NCBI GenBank assembly: GCA_050084985.1
Contig: JBITNC010000001.1
Coordinates: forward strand, 5,766,001-5,830,000
DNA: 64,000 nucleotides
Direction of reading: 5' to 3'
DNA from: Nageia nagi
Taxonomy: Eukaryota; Plantae; Pinophyta
Under the pieces are notes generated by a model. That model was not told the DNA's origin. It made no database searches and was given only the letters and a program-made list of their open reading frames with translations. Shown piece after piece: positions 1-11,594 of the stretch. Numbering within the stretch: position 1 is the stretch's first letter; each line of letters begins with the position of its first letter. The translations under genes and the position numbers were made by a program.

Positions 1-609
1 TAGAACCATCTCAATTCTATGTTCTCAAGTTCTCATCTCCAATTGTATTTTCTACGGAGGAGAACTCTCTTACATTCTTTACTTCTTACTTTTCCAATAT
101 TACACTGAGAGGGAGTGTTAGAATATATAATGTATTATTATGTAAGTTTTCTTTATGTGGTATCTAAGTATTAATACTACTTTTATGTAATTTTTTTATT
201 TTATCACTAAATACCTAAAAGTGATAAAGTAGTGGAAGACTTTGACTTCATCCTAGCATGACACTTGTCCATGCTAAACCCATGTAAGACTTGAGTTAAA
301 AGGTGAGTTGAGGTGAGGTTCTCACCTATAAATAAGAGGCATGGGCTCATTGTAAAATACACTTGGAGAAGCATGAAAATGCTAGTCTTGTAAAGTTGTA
401 GGAATGCTCTTGTAAGAATTGTATAGGAGAATTCTTGAGAATTTGTAAATAGAGTTAGAGTTTTTGAGAAAATATATCTTTGTTTAAGTGGATGTACTCC
501 CTTGGTGGAGGAACTACTATATATGATTGTGTGAATGATCTATGTGTTCATAAGATTCATGGAAGATTCCATCGAAGGTGATTTTAGGCGGAGATAAATA
601 TCTACTTCA
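1..609 (+). mobile_element. 3' end of a Ty1/copia element: 3' UTR (1-105), PPT (106-115) and 3' LTR (116-609); the element continues left of the window
   Basis: TGAGAGGGAG is followed by TGTTAGAAT, and the LTR ends ...CTACTTCA with a CTATAAATA TATA box near 326. Bases 20-130 align by eye with the reverse complement of 6600-6720 of the young copia. Confidence 0.8.
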
Positions 610-1224
610 TCTCTTTCATGCATGACCAATAAGGTCAAGAATGCATATATAATGATTCAACTCAAGAATAATGCAATAAGAGTCACTCTTGATCCCTCAT
701 CCATAAGACATGCATGGTTGCATGCAAGTAGAACACATACAATGGTCATGTTGTTAGACTTGATCCCAAGTGCTTCATTAAATCAAAGAGTTTAAGGGCA
801 TCCTTACTGTAGCCATGAATTGCATGTCCTTCAATCATTGCAGTCCATGAATTTGTGTTTGCATCATGCATCTTGTAAAACAATTCTCGAGCATTGTGTA
901 TTCTTCCACATTTTGCATACATGTATATCAAGGCACTCATAACCACAACATTCAATGCAAAACTATTTTCAACTACTTTTTGATGGATTTCCATACCTTC
1001 CTATAGAACTCTGATGGTGGTACATATTGGAAGAATGTAGAAAAAGTTGCAAAGTTTGGTTTTACATCTGATAATTGCATTTGCTTAAAAGACTCTTAAG
1101 GCCTTTTCAAAAAACCTATTTTGTGCATATCATGTGATCATTGCAATCAAAACCATTATATTTTTACATACATGTATATCAAGGCACTCACAACCAAAAC
1201 ATTCAATGCAAAACCATTTTCAAT
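610..1224 (-). pseudogene. PLS-class PPR protein pseudogene fragment
   Basis: ORF 746-994 has ALIYMYAKCGRIHNARELFYKM and SWTAMIEGHAIHGYSKDALKLF. A further HYICILDLIGHA* motif runs up to the copia LTR at 609. Frameshifts and stops are present. Confidence 0.9.
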
Positions 1225-1444
1225 TAATAATAAAATATTAATAAATTAATTAATAATAACATCATTACATAAATTAATAATTATAATAATTAATAATTAT
1301 AAATAAATTAATAATTTAGTAATTACATGAATCATATAATAAAAAATAAAATAAATTAATAATAAATAATATCATAATCAATACATAATAAATAATTAAA
1401 TAAATTAATAATAAATATTTTTTTAACAAATTTATTTTCAATGC

Positions 1445-2091
1445 TATGCTTAACACTATTAGGGACTCTATATCCAACGTAACATGATGCAATCTTCGAT
1501 GTCAAACACCTCTATATGCGATGCTATATCCAATGTAAAATGATGCAATATTCAATGTAATAGACAATGCCAAATACGTTTAGTTGTGACTCTATATTTA
1601 ATGCAAAATGATATAATATTCAATGCAATACATGATGCTAAGCACCTATATTTGCGATGCTATATCCAACATAACATGATGCAATATTCAACATAATATA
1701 TGATGCCAAGAACCTTTTTGTGTGACATTATATCCAACACAACATGATGCAATGTTCAACACAATATACGATGCCAAGCACCTCTATGTGCGATGCTATA
1801 TCCAATGCAATATGATGCAATTTTGAACATAATATGTGATGCCAAACACCTCAATGTGTGATGCTATATCCAATGTAATATGATGCAATTTTCAACACAA
1901 TATATGACGTAAAGCATCTTTATTTGTGACTCTAAATGACACTATTGGTGAATTAAAGAGTAACGCATGGTTCGATGTTATATTTGATGTGTCATTTAGC
2001 ATTGCATATAATGTCATGTTGTGAGTAAAAAAAAAAAAGAAAAAGAGAAATGACACCCGTATCGACTCTAATTTTGACTATTGTAGTAGTG
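1445..2091. mobile_element. CACTA/EnSpm terminus with ~61-bp subterminal tandem repeats
   Basis: TTGTAGTAGTG at 2081-2091 is the reverse complement of CACTACTACAA. About 8 degenerate units of GATGCTATATCCAATGYAAYATGATGCAAT..GATGCCAARCACCT lie at ~1460-1935. Confidence 0.65.
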
Positions 2092-3492
2092 GTGATTTTT
2101 TATGATAGAAGGGTTGCCAAGGCCAAAGCCTTTTTGTAGGCCAACTAAGACATCATGAGGGCATTGAAAGAAAATATCTAGCTTGCCCAAAACCAATAGA
2201 AAAAGTATAAATATCAGCACCAGATAGAACATAATTTTGAGGAAGGAGATGTGGTCTACTTAAGGTTACAACCTTATAGATAGTCCACGTTGAAAAAGAG
2301 GACCATGGAGAAGCTCAAGCCACAATGTTTTAGTCCCTACAAGATCTTACACAAGGTGGGAGAGGTGGTTATAAGTTAGAGTTACCAATCAATAATAAGA
2401 TCCATAACGTATTTCATATTTCTTGCCTATAGAAGGCTCTTGGACAACATGTATCATCTTCTCTAGATTTGCCTCCACTTGGTGATGAGGGGAAGTTGAT
2501 TTTGATGCCTGAAGCTATCTTGGAGACTAGGGAGAGGAAGCTAAGATCTAGGAATGTTATGGAATGCTTGGTCAAATGGAGGGACCTGCTAGTGGAAGAT
2601 GCAACATGGGAAGGACTTGAGACCCTTTCACACCTAGCCTTGCATTGCTTGAGGATAAACAAATTGAGAGGGACAAACTTATAATGCCCCAAATCTAGCA
2701 CCCATTTCATATAATGTAATTTAGTGTTTGACTAGTCAATATGGAATGGTGCATCCCATTTCTAGGTGTGATTTTGTATTGTTTTAGCATATTATTACCT
2801 TTAGGAGTGAGACATCCCTCTTCTTATGATGTGTAAGTGTAATACATTGTATTTAGGCATGATCCCAATAATGTGAGAATTGTAATTTTGAGGCACTATT
2901 ATGAGGCATATGATCTTGCAAGATCTAGATGCCACTAGGGGTATGGGACGTCCATGTGCAAAAGAAGATAACACACCATGGATGAGGCATCATTAGAAAT
3001 TTCATCATTCATCTTATCTTGGAGACCTGATGCAACTCTTGGATTTTTCCTCTTGTAGCAAGAGAGGAGTTAGGGGAATGGAGATGCCTCTAGATCTTTG
3101 AATAAGGATTCATGTCCCTTAGTCCATCTGGTGATATTATGAGGTATCACTTCTCCATTTTATTCCAGGTGTGGGAAGAACCCTTCATAGGAGCATCCAG
3201 GATTGAGGGAGTGTTAATGTCTCTTTTTCATCTCATATCTAGAGGTTAGAGGCCCTATTGGTGTGACGTCGATCTTCATTGAGCATATGGAGTATGTGGT
3301 ACATCAGATCTGGTCCTTAGAACCAGACATCCAACCCTTTGGGTCATTATACTCTTATTTTGAGCTATAATATGATTCACATATGCTTTGTCTCTTGGTC
3401 TCGTATAATGTTTCATTGAAGTTCTTATTGTTGAAGATTGGAATTTCCCTATGTTGTGTGAAGAATATTTTTTCTTAATTTGGGATATTACA
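2092..3492 (+). mobile_element. Decayed chromovirus (Ty3/gypsy) 3' end: integrase C-terminus, chromodomain, PPT and 3' LTR (2680-3492)
   Basis: Motifs are FEEGDVVYLRLQPYR, SPYKIL, KIHNVFHISCL and the chromodomain PEAILE..LVKWRDL.VEDATWE. LTR ends TATAATGCCC / GGGATATTACA form imperfect inverted repeats. Confidence 0.85.
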
Positions 3493-4250
3493 CGATGAGC
3501 CATACAGTGAATAGGAATCATATATGAAATAAATATTATTTGCAATCTAATACAAAGGTCGCTCCTTTGACCTTGCATGACTGCAACACCATTTGCACCA
3601 ACACAAATCAATTTTATAGTTATTGTGTTATCATCCATTTTAGCAATATTTTTCAAAATAGTGAGAACCAACTTATAAAGGTTTTCAAAATTTCAATGTT
3701 CTTTCATTTTGTGAATGGTTAGAAGATGTGGCTATCAAGTATTATTTTCAAATGCATAAAGATGCATACATACCCATGATGTATTTTCAACCACCATCAC
3801 TTCATCAATCAACAATTATATGAATTGTGCTCTTTTTACTCTATGTTTTAAATCTTCTTTCTCAATCATTGCAAAATAATCAATCATTTTCCATGCACTA
3901 GTACTAGACTAATGTGATTGAGGAATATTTTTTGGATCGATACTTTGATATAAAGTCTTATAATCTAAAAAAAATGATATTAGCCTTCCCTTTTTCAAAA
4001 TATGAAAAATTGTACAAAATTATGTTTGTTTAGATAACAAATTAGACTCTTGAAGTTTTGGAAAATGAGTTGCTATAGTTCCTCCCTTTTCCTTTATATC
4101 TTGTTCTTTTTTACACTTTTCATACTCTAATGCATACTTTTTTATGATTGTATTCATTTTTTGTCTTGTACCAAAACCTTTTTATCATTTTTCCAAATTT
4201 TCCCTCCACATACTAGTAGACTTTTGAATTTCAATAATTTACATAGGTAA
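3493..4250 (-). pseudogene. hAT-family (ZNF862-like) transposase remnant, truncated by the chromovirus LTR
   Basis: LICVGANGVAVMQGQR..IPIHCMAHR matches the hAT DGAxVMxG/HCxAH motifs, with IDEV..ENTSWV upstream. The far boundary is approximate. Confidence 0.75.
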
Positions 4251-4539
4251 CAAATGATCTTTGTATACATATAAATTATCAACCTATGTAAATTAAAACA
4301 TATAAATGATTGATTAGTGAAAGAAGCAAACTAGTTTTTACCTTTAATAATACATCATTCAATAAATTTTGGAATTCAATATTATTTCTATCCATGGTGT
4401 CATCTTCCATTTCTACCATTCACTTTTCTCTTGGATAAGTACCAATACTATTTCAAACAAAAAAATCAAATAAGAATTTAAAATCATTCAATAATTATTC
4501 CAAATATTTCAAATAATGCACACAACAACGTAAATAAAC

Positions 4540-4990
4540 ACTATAGACTAGTTACAAATGCAATTGGACCATATGCAATCATTTGGTTGCATTTGCAATC
4601 ATTGCAGTCGATCAATTGTAGCTGTAATTGATCAGTTGCATTTGGAGTTGCTTGATTGTAAATGCAATCGATCGGTTGCATTAGTTGATTGCAACTACAA
4701 TTGGTCAATTGCATACATAAGCATTTGATTGTGTTTGCAACTGTTTGGCTACAAACGTAACTAGAAGGTTGCATCTGCATCCGATCGATTGCAAACACTT
4801 CTAGCTTCTTCTTTCTACAACCAGTCTGTTGCAACTAGGTCATCACATTGCAAATGATTAGTTGTATATGCAACCTTTCAGTTTGCTCTACAACAAGCCA
4901 TGCACCCATATGGTTGTAAACATAACCTACTAGTCGGTTACATGCATAACTAGATGGTTGCAGATGCACCCATCTGATCGCATTTACAAA
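4540..4990. repeat. Array of short semi-palindromic repeats (TGCAAyCGATCrGTTGCA-like), possibly subterminal to the hAT remnant
   Basis: Many copies of TGCAA..GTTGCA and CGATCG are visible directly. Confidence 0.6.
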
Positions 4991-5920
4991 GTACCATATT
5001 GAAAAGTTAAAAATAGTATTGAAAAGTTTTAATAAAATAATTGATGGACATGCAATGAATATTTTACTCTATTTCAAAAAAAATAAAAGAAGGGTCAATG
5101 ATGCAACATGTGATGAAAAAATAAAATATACGTCCATCCAAAACAAAGTTTGCTTCTCACCTTTTCATTATAGATTCTCTATAGACAGTTGCAAAACTGT
5201 AGAATGGTTTAGGGGTTTTAGTACTAAATAAGGATCTCTTTTGATGTTTAGGGTTTTGAGTGTTACTCTTATGAATCCAATTTATGCTTTTAAGAATTTA
5301 TTTTATCTTTTGGGGTTTACACAATTAGTTTAGGGATTTAAATTTTTAGAGATTAATTTTTACTTTAAGGTTTCCCTAATTAGTCTAAGGATTTGAATTT
5401 TTAGGTATTTGTTCTTACTTTTAAGGTTTATAGTTTATCTAGGGATTCAAATTTTTAGAGATTCATTTTAGATTTTAAGTTTCAATGTTTTTATAATCTA
5501 GATGAAATTTTATAGTCTTCAATAGTCGTTTATAATATTTTGGCAATTTTTTTTCAGTTTTAAAATTTTGATTATAAAATTATGACGAATATAGTCATTT
5601 TATGTTTCAAATATAAGGTGAATTAAATTTTAACATTTTAATTAATGTTAATTTTTTAACGAACTTATCTATAGAAACGATTTTTTGTATAAAATTGAGA
5701 ACTTGAAAGTGATTTTTACTCTCAAAATTCGCCAACTACAAATTCTATAAATCCTAATATTCGCTAATAAGAAAAGATTTATGGCTAAAAAAAACTTTGC
5801 ATTATGCCTATAGATAAAAAGAGAATAGGATCCAAATGACTTGATTTCCACTAGAGAATATATACACTGGACTAGCCCAAGGACTTGCATGTCTTTAGAG
5901 ATTGGATGTGAAGTGGCATG

Positions 5921-6617
5921 TGAAGGATTTGAACTATAACTAAACAAATCCTCTAGGACCTTAGACTAGGAAACTCAAGATAACACATCTATAATTCTAA
6001 GAACATCATTCACACAATATGACACCAATATAATGTGGTTCCTCCCTCCTTGGGAGTACATCCACAACTAGCTCTCTTATTCTCAAATCTATGTCTCTCT
6101 TACAACTATTCTACTTGTTGGAATTAACCTAGATCTAATTCCCAAGGTCCAAGACTATAGAAAGCTCAATCACATTCAACATGTAAACATCTACAAGCTA
6201 CTTAACACATTCACACAATATAACACCATGTAATGTGGTTCCTCCCTCCTTGGGAGTACATCCACAACTAGCTCTCTTATTCTCAACTATGCCTCTTACA
6301 ACTATTCTCTTGCTCTCTCCTACACAACCAAGTAGAGTAATCTTACTCCTCAACTTTAGATCTGTTACAATAGGAGAGGCCCTCTATTTATAGCTTGAGA
6401 GCACCTCCCTAACCTCCCTTTAACCCAAGGGTAAGGTTAGGGTTACAATAAATGTGTGACCTAACTTTCACCTACCAACTAACCCCATGGTTAGGTCAAA
6501 GTCCACACATAATAAAGAATTCAATTAATCCCTTAAGGTATCTACATATCCTTTAAGTGATTAATTGAATTTACAAGGAGTTTAGGAATTCACAATATTT
6601 CATTACAAATTCTAACA
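5921..6617 (-). repeat. copia 3' LTR (697 bp)
   Basis: Identical by eye to 14340-15083 except for one 47-bp duplication. TATA box CTATAAATAGAGG lies at 6393-6381. Confidence 0.97.
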
Positions 6618-6626
6618 CTCCCCCTT
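6618..6626 (-). promoter_or_regulatory. Polypurine tract
   Basis: AGGGGGAG lies immediately before the TGTTAG start of the 3' LTR. Confidence 0.9.
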
Positions 6627-7090
6627 AATGTAATATTGGGATAGAGCGTAGAAGAGAGAAGAGAGAGAGTAAGAGAGAGTTCTCCTCCATAGAGATACAA
6701 GTGGAGATGAGAACATTTACATATTTGAGAATCTTTTTGAGAACTAGTATGAGACTCACTACATTACCATTTGACAAAATGGTTTACAATACAAGCATTA
6801 ACCACAACTGGTTTTACTGTACATAGTAGTCGATCAACTTTAAGCTGACATGTGAGTCTCCATGAGCTTGCTTTCACAAAGTGAGTAACCTGCATTTCTG
6901 AAGAAGATCCTGCATGCTACAAGCAACTCATGAACAAAATCAGTTAGATGCATCATATATTCAAATAAGAGAATCAAATAATGCTATCTTATAAATAACT
7001 GATCAATGGTGCACTATGAGTCATCACGGAGATGCCAAGCCATCACTCATAGTCACTTGTTGTTATATAGACATGTGTTGATTATTAATA

Positions 7091-7624
7091 GAGCATAAAA
7101 ATTGTACAACGAGTTTCTCACGCAGAGCAAACTCACCACGGAGGTATAGAATGTACAACAAGTTCCTCACGCAGAGCGAACTTACCACTGAGGTATATTA
7201 ATTATATGCTCAAAAATTGTACAACGAGTTTCTCACGCAGAGCAAACTCACCACGGAGGTATAGAATGTACAACAAGTTTGTCACGCAGAGCAAACTTAC
7301 CACGGAGGTGTAAAATAGAGCATAAAAATTGTACAACGAGTTTCTCACGCAGAGCAAACTCACCACGGAGGTCTGGAATGTACAACAAGTTCCTCACACA
7401 GAGCGAACTTACCACAGAGGTATATAAATTATATGCTCAAAAATTGTACAACAAGTTTGTCACGCAGAGCAAACTTACCACGGAGGTGTAAAATGTACAA
7501 CAAGTTTGTCACGCAGAGCAAACTTACCACGGAGGTGTAAAATAATCAACACTATATAACAACAGTTGTACAACGAGTTTCTCACGCAGAGCAAACTCAC
7601 CACGGAGGTCTGGAATGTACAACA
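7091..7624 (-). repeat. Array of nine hairpin-forming 43-bp core units (period 49-73 bp) in the copia 3' UTR
   Basis: Plus-strand core TGTACAAC-[6-bp stem]-12 nt-[6-bp stem]-ACCACnGAGGT starts at about 7103, 7152, 7218, 7267, 7330, 7379, 7445, 7494 and 7567. Confidence 0.95.
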
Positions 7625-7668
7625 AAAAGAAGCCTCTTAGAGGTGAAGTTGTCATCACTAACAAAAGT

Positions 7669-9290
7669 TCAAGCTTCACTCCCCCTTGAGGGCAACTTCA
7701 CCAACCCGAGAGAATCCCTAAGCTTGCTGAATTGAGCTTCAGGAAGGGGCTTGGTGAACAAATCAGCAGAGTTTTCAGTAGATGGAAAATACTGCAAGTG
7801 TATGATGTCATCTAGAACCTTCTCTCTGATAAAATGGGCTTGGATTTCCACATGCTTGGTTCTCTGATGAAACACAGGATTCTTAGCCAAGGAGATAGCC
7901 GATTGATTGTCTGAAGAAATAAGAGATGGGTCATTTTGCTTATACCCAATTTCGTTCAGAAGATGCCTTAGCCAAATAGCTTCTTGAGCGGCAACAGACA
8001 TGGCTCGATATTCAGCTTCGGTGGTAGAAAGAGTCACTGTAGGTTGCTTCTTGGAAGCCCAAGAGATAGCACCTGAACCAATGCTGAACACATATGCAGA
8101 GGTTGACTTTCTATCATCTCTATCTCCCCATAATCAGAATCTGAGAACCCTGAGAGAACAATCGAGGGCACTTTGGAATACTTAAGAGCAAGATCCTTAG
8201 TCCCTGCCACATACCTCAAGATTTGCTTAACAGCGGTGAGGTGCTCAACATATGGTTTTTGCATGAATCGTGCCATCAGATTCACTGCAAAGGCAATATC
8301 AGGACGAGAGATAGTCAGATACAGAAGACTACCAATCAATTGTCTATAAGCTGTAGCATCAGCCAACTGAGAATCTGAGCTCAGTGAGACAACAATTCCA
8401 GGAGAAATAGGTATTGCAGCATATTTGCACTCCTCCATTCCAAACTTTTGCAAGATGTCTGATATATACTTAGATTGACTAAGATAAGTACAATCTTTAT
8501 GTTGGTATACTTGCATCCCAAGATAGTAATGCAATAGACCTAGATCAGTCATTTCAAATGTTGCCTTGAGTTTGGAGATGCACTCTTGGATGATTTCAAT
8601 ATTATTACCTGTTATGAGAAGATCATCCACATAAAGGAGAATTATGACCACGTCTTGTCCTTGATTGAGTACATATAGATCTGAATCTGAGAAGCACTTG
8701 GAAAAACCAATATCTGCAAAGAATCCTGAAATTTTCTTGTACCATGCTCTAGGTGCTTGCTTAAGTCCATACAAAGACTTCTTTAGTTTGCACACAAGAG
8801 TCTCTTTTCCTTCTGGAATAAATCCTTCTGGTTGATTCATGTAGATTTCAACATCTAAGTCCCCATTGAGAAATGCACTTTTGACATCAAGTTGAAAAGC
8901 TTTCCATCCTTGAGCTGCAGAAAGAGCAAGAATTATTCTGACAGTAGGCATCTTGGCTACAGGAGCAAAGGTTTCCTCATAATCAACACCATATTTCTGA
9001 GCGAATCCTTTGGCTACTAACCTTGCCTTGTATTTTTCAATGTTTCCATCAGAATTGTACTTGACCTTGTATATCCATTTATTGCCAATCACATTTTTCT
9101 CATTGGGATAAGGAACCAAATCCCAAGTTTCATTTTTCATGAGAGCCTCATACTCAACTTTCATAGCTTCCATCCAACACTCTTGCTTGGAAGCTTCTTT
9201 GAAGGTGGATGGCTCATGCATATTATCAATTTTGGCAAATAAGGATTTATTCAAGGTCATACTTCTTGTAATTCTCTGTGCCGGAGAATT
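7669..9290 (-). pseudogene. copia RT and RNase H, in frame behind the TAA at 9291-9293, with a 1-nt frameshift at 8126-8129
   Basis: Motifs are KARLVAKGF, QLDVKSAFLNG, SLYGLKQAPRAW and LLYVDDLLI. Adding one G to the G4 run restores [17 protein letters not shown] and joins the RNase H ORF (STTEAEY, DNQSAI, ADLFTK). Confidence 0.92.
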
Positions 9291-11594
9291 TTACTCTTGT
9301 GGTGACTTCTCTACATGATCATCCAACCAGTTAGGTGCAGGCGAAGAATCATCTGTATCAGACACTTCAGCATGAGAGGTCGTATCCTTAGAAAGTTCAT
9401 TGAACTTAACATCCCTAGAAACAAAGACTATTTTCTGAGATGAAGAGTAGAGCCTGTAACCTCTATGCTGATTATCATACCCCACAAAGATGCATTTTTC
9501 TGATCGTTTATCGAGCTTCTTTCTTTTCTCTGAGGTAATGAAGGCAAATGCATCACAACCGAAGATTCTGAAGTGTGAGAGGTTAGGTTTCTTTCCTGTC
9601 CATGCTTCATATGGAGTTTTACCTTCAATTGCCTTAGTAGGACACCTATTTAGGGTGTGAATAGCAGTGTGTACAGCTTCGCCCCATAAGAAACTAGGAA
9701 GGTTACCCAACATGCATCTTGCCATTTCCATAATGGTGCGATTCTTCCTTTCAGCAACTCCATTTTGCTGAGGGGTGTAAGGGATTGTGAATTGTCGCTT
9801 AATCCCGTGTTTAACACAAAAGGCGTTAAACTCATTGCTATTATATTCACCCCCATTGTCCGATCTCAGCATTTTGATCTTAAAATCAGTTTGATTTTCA
9901 ACAAGTGCCTTGAAGTCTTGAAACCTGTCAAAAGTTTGATCCTTGTGCTCAAGTAGATAACCAAATGTCATCCTACTGAAGTCATCAATGAAGGTCAGAA
10001 CATAAGAAGCTCCACCTAGTGACTTAGTCTGAAAAGGACCCATCAAATCTGAATGCACAAGCTGAAGAGGACAAGTAGCCCGAGTTGCCTTATCTTTTTC
10101 AAACTTTTGCCTATGCATCTTTCCTAGAATGCACCTTTCACAAAGACCAACTGTGGGTGAAATATTAGGTAAACCTTCCACAAGTTCTTGAGTTTTCATG
10201 GCTTGAATACTCTTGTGGTTAAGGTGTCCTAATCGTTGATGCCAAAGATTACCTTTTGAACAAACATTTGTAGCAAGACAAATCTTTGAAGGTACTTGAT
10301 CCACAATATAAAGGTCATTCTTTACTGATCCTTTCATCAAAGTGGCAAGTCCTTTCTTAACACACCAAGAGTGTGAGGTAAACTCAAATGAGCATCCTTT
10401 CCTTGTAATTTGAATCACGGAGATGAGATTCATCCTTAGTTTAGGCACATAAAAGACATTATCAAGAGTCTTTCCATGAATCTTCACACTTCCTATTCCG
10501 TGAACATCAAGGACTGTATTATCACCTATCACAACTGCATCCTTTTTGTACTTATGAAAGTTTTCAAACTTATCTTTTTCATAACACATGTGATTAGTGC
10601 ATCCTGTATCAACAATCCAGTCATTTGAAATAGTTTGAGTCATTGAGTAGTAGGCAACAGAAGCAGCATGCTTGTTCTTCTTTTTATTATTGAAAGTTCT
10701 CACATTTGCATTTCCCTTTCCTTTTTGAGCAAATTTCTTTTTGCGACAATCATACTCTTTGTGCCCAAAGATGCCACAGAAGTTACAATTCCCATCAAAC
10801 TTTTCTTGAGGTGTTGGATTGCTGGATCCTGCTTTATCATTCCTGTGCCTGTAGTTGCCATGATTGTTGTTGTTGTTGCCCTTTTTGTCATACTTCCTGA
10901 AGGTAGATGAGGACTTGTTGTCTTTGAATTTGTAATGTTTGAACTTTTTCTTGAAAGGAGTTTTGGTTGCTCCTAGAGCAATGCTATGGTCCTTTGGAGA
11001 AAGGTTCAACATTTTCTTGTTCAAAGTTTCCTCATGCTTTAGAAGAAGTCTTGAAAGGTTATCAAGTGAGATGACATCTTCTTCATCATCGAGCCTTGTT
11101 TCCATAACTGTGACAAAGTTGCTGAACTTTGAAGTAAGGCTTTGTAAAATGATGAAGACCATGAACTCATCATTGATCCAATTGCATCCACAACCAACCA
11201 GTTGTGTCCTGAGGTCAATGATTTTGTTCAAGTAGATGGAGGCACTTTCATCTTCACTTTGTCGATACTGCAACAACTTTTGTAGAATGGTAAACCTTCT
11301 TGAAAATTTGGACCCAAGGTAGATCTTCTTTAACCTATCCCAAGCTTCCTTTGCTGAAGTTGATGAAGAAATCATGAGAAGGACATCATCTGAAACTGCA
11401 CGGTATATCATAGAAGTTGCTAACTCATTCTTTGAGTTGTATACTTCAAGAGCCTTCTCATCGGTAGGAGCAACCGCATCTTCACTAACTGTCTGCCATA
11501 GCTTTCTTGCTTGTAACTCGGCTTTCATACGTGGTTCCCATATTCCAAAGTTGGAACCATCGAGTATGTGCTTGGGAACGAAGGTTTCAACCAT
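9291..11594 (-). CDS. copia Gag (UBN2, CCHC knuckle), protease and integrase
   Basis: Starts MVETFVPKHILDGSNF. Motifs are CNFCGIFGHKEYDC, WIVDTGCTNHM, LWHQRLGH..CERC, LVHSDLMGP, LRSDNGGEY and PQQNGVAER. It ends at an in-frame TAA. Confidence 0.93.
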   Translation of the reverse strand: MVETFVPKHILDGSNFGIWEPRMKAELQARKLWQTVSEDAVAPTDEKALEVYNSKNELATSMIYRAVSDDVLLMISSSTSAKEAWDRLKKIYLGSKFSRRFTILQKLLQYRQSEDESASIYLNKIIDLRTQLVGCGCNWINDEFMVFIILQSLTSKFSNFVTVMETRLDDEEDVISLDNLSRLLLKHEETLNKKMLNLSPKDHSIALGATKTPFKKKFKHYKFKDNKSSSTFRKYDKKGNNNNNHGNYRHRNDKAGSSNPTPQEKFDGNCNFCGIFGHKEYDCRKKKFAQKGKGNANVRTFNNKKKNKHAASVAYYSMTQTISNDWIVDTGCTNHMCYEKDKFENFHKYKKDAVVIGDNTVLDVHGIGSVKIHGKTLDNVFYVPKLRMNLISVIQITRKGCSFEFTSHSWCVKKGLATLMKGSVKNDLYIVDQVPSKICLATNVCSKGNLWHQRLGHLNHKSIQAMKTQELVEGLPNISPTVGLCERCILGKMHRQKFEKDKATRATCPLQLVHSDLMGPFQTKSLGGASYVLTFIDDFSRMTFGYLLEHKDQTFDRFQDFKALVENQTDFKIKMLRSDNGGEYNSNEFNAFCVKHGIKRQFTIPYTPQQNGVAERKNRTIMEMARCMLGNLPSFLWGEAVHTAIHTLNRCPTKAIEGKTPYEAWTGKKPNLSHFRIFGCDAFAFITSEKRKKLDKRSEKCIFVGYDNQHRGYRLYSSSQKIVFVSRDVKFNELSKDTTSHAEVSDTDDSSPAPNWLDDHVEKSPQE

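Noticed and set aside
5200-5480. Interstitial telomeric repeat
   Set aside because: TTTAGGG-like words are scattered within ~55-bp degenerate units and do not form a tandem telomere array.
7091-7624. CRISPR-like array or hammerhead ribozymes
   Set aside because: Spacers are short and recurrent, there are no cas genes and the context is a eukaryotic TE. The CUGCGUGA/GAAA resemblance does not match the CUGAnGA core, and GAAA is lost in two alleles.
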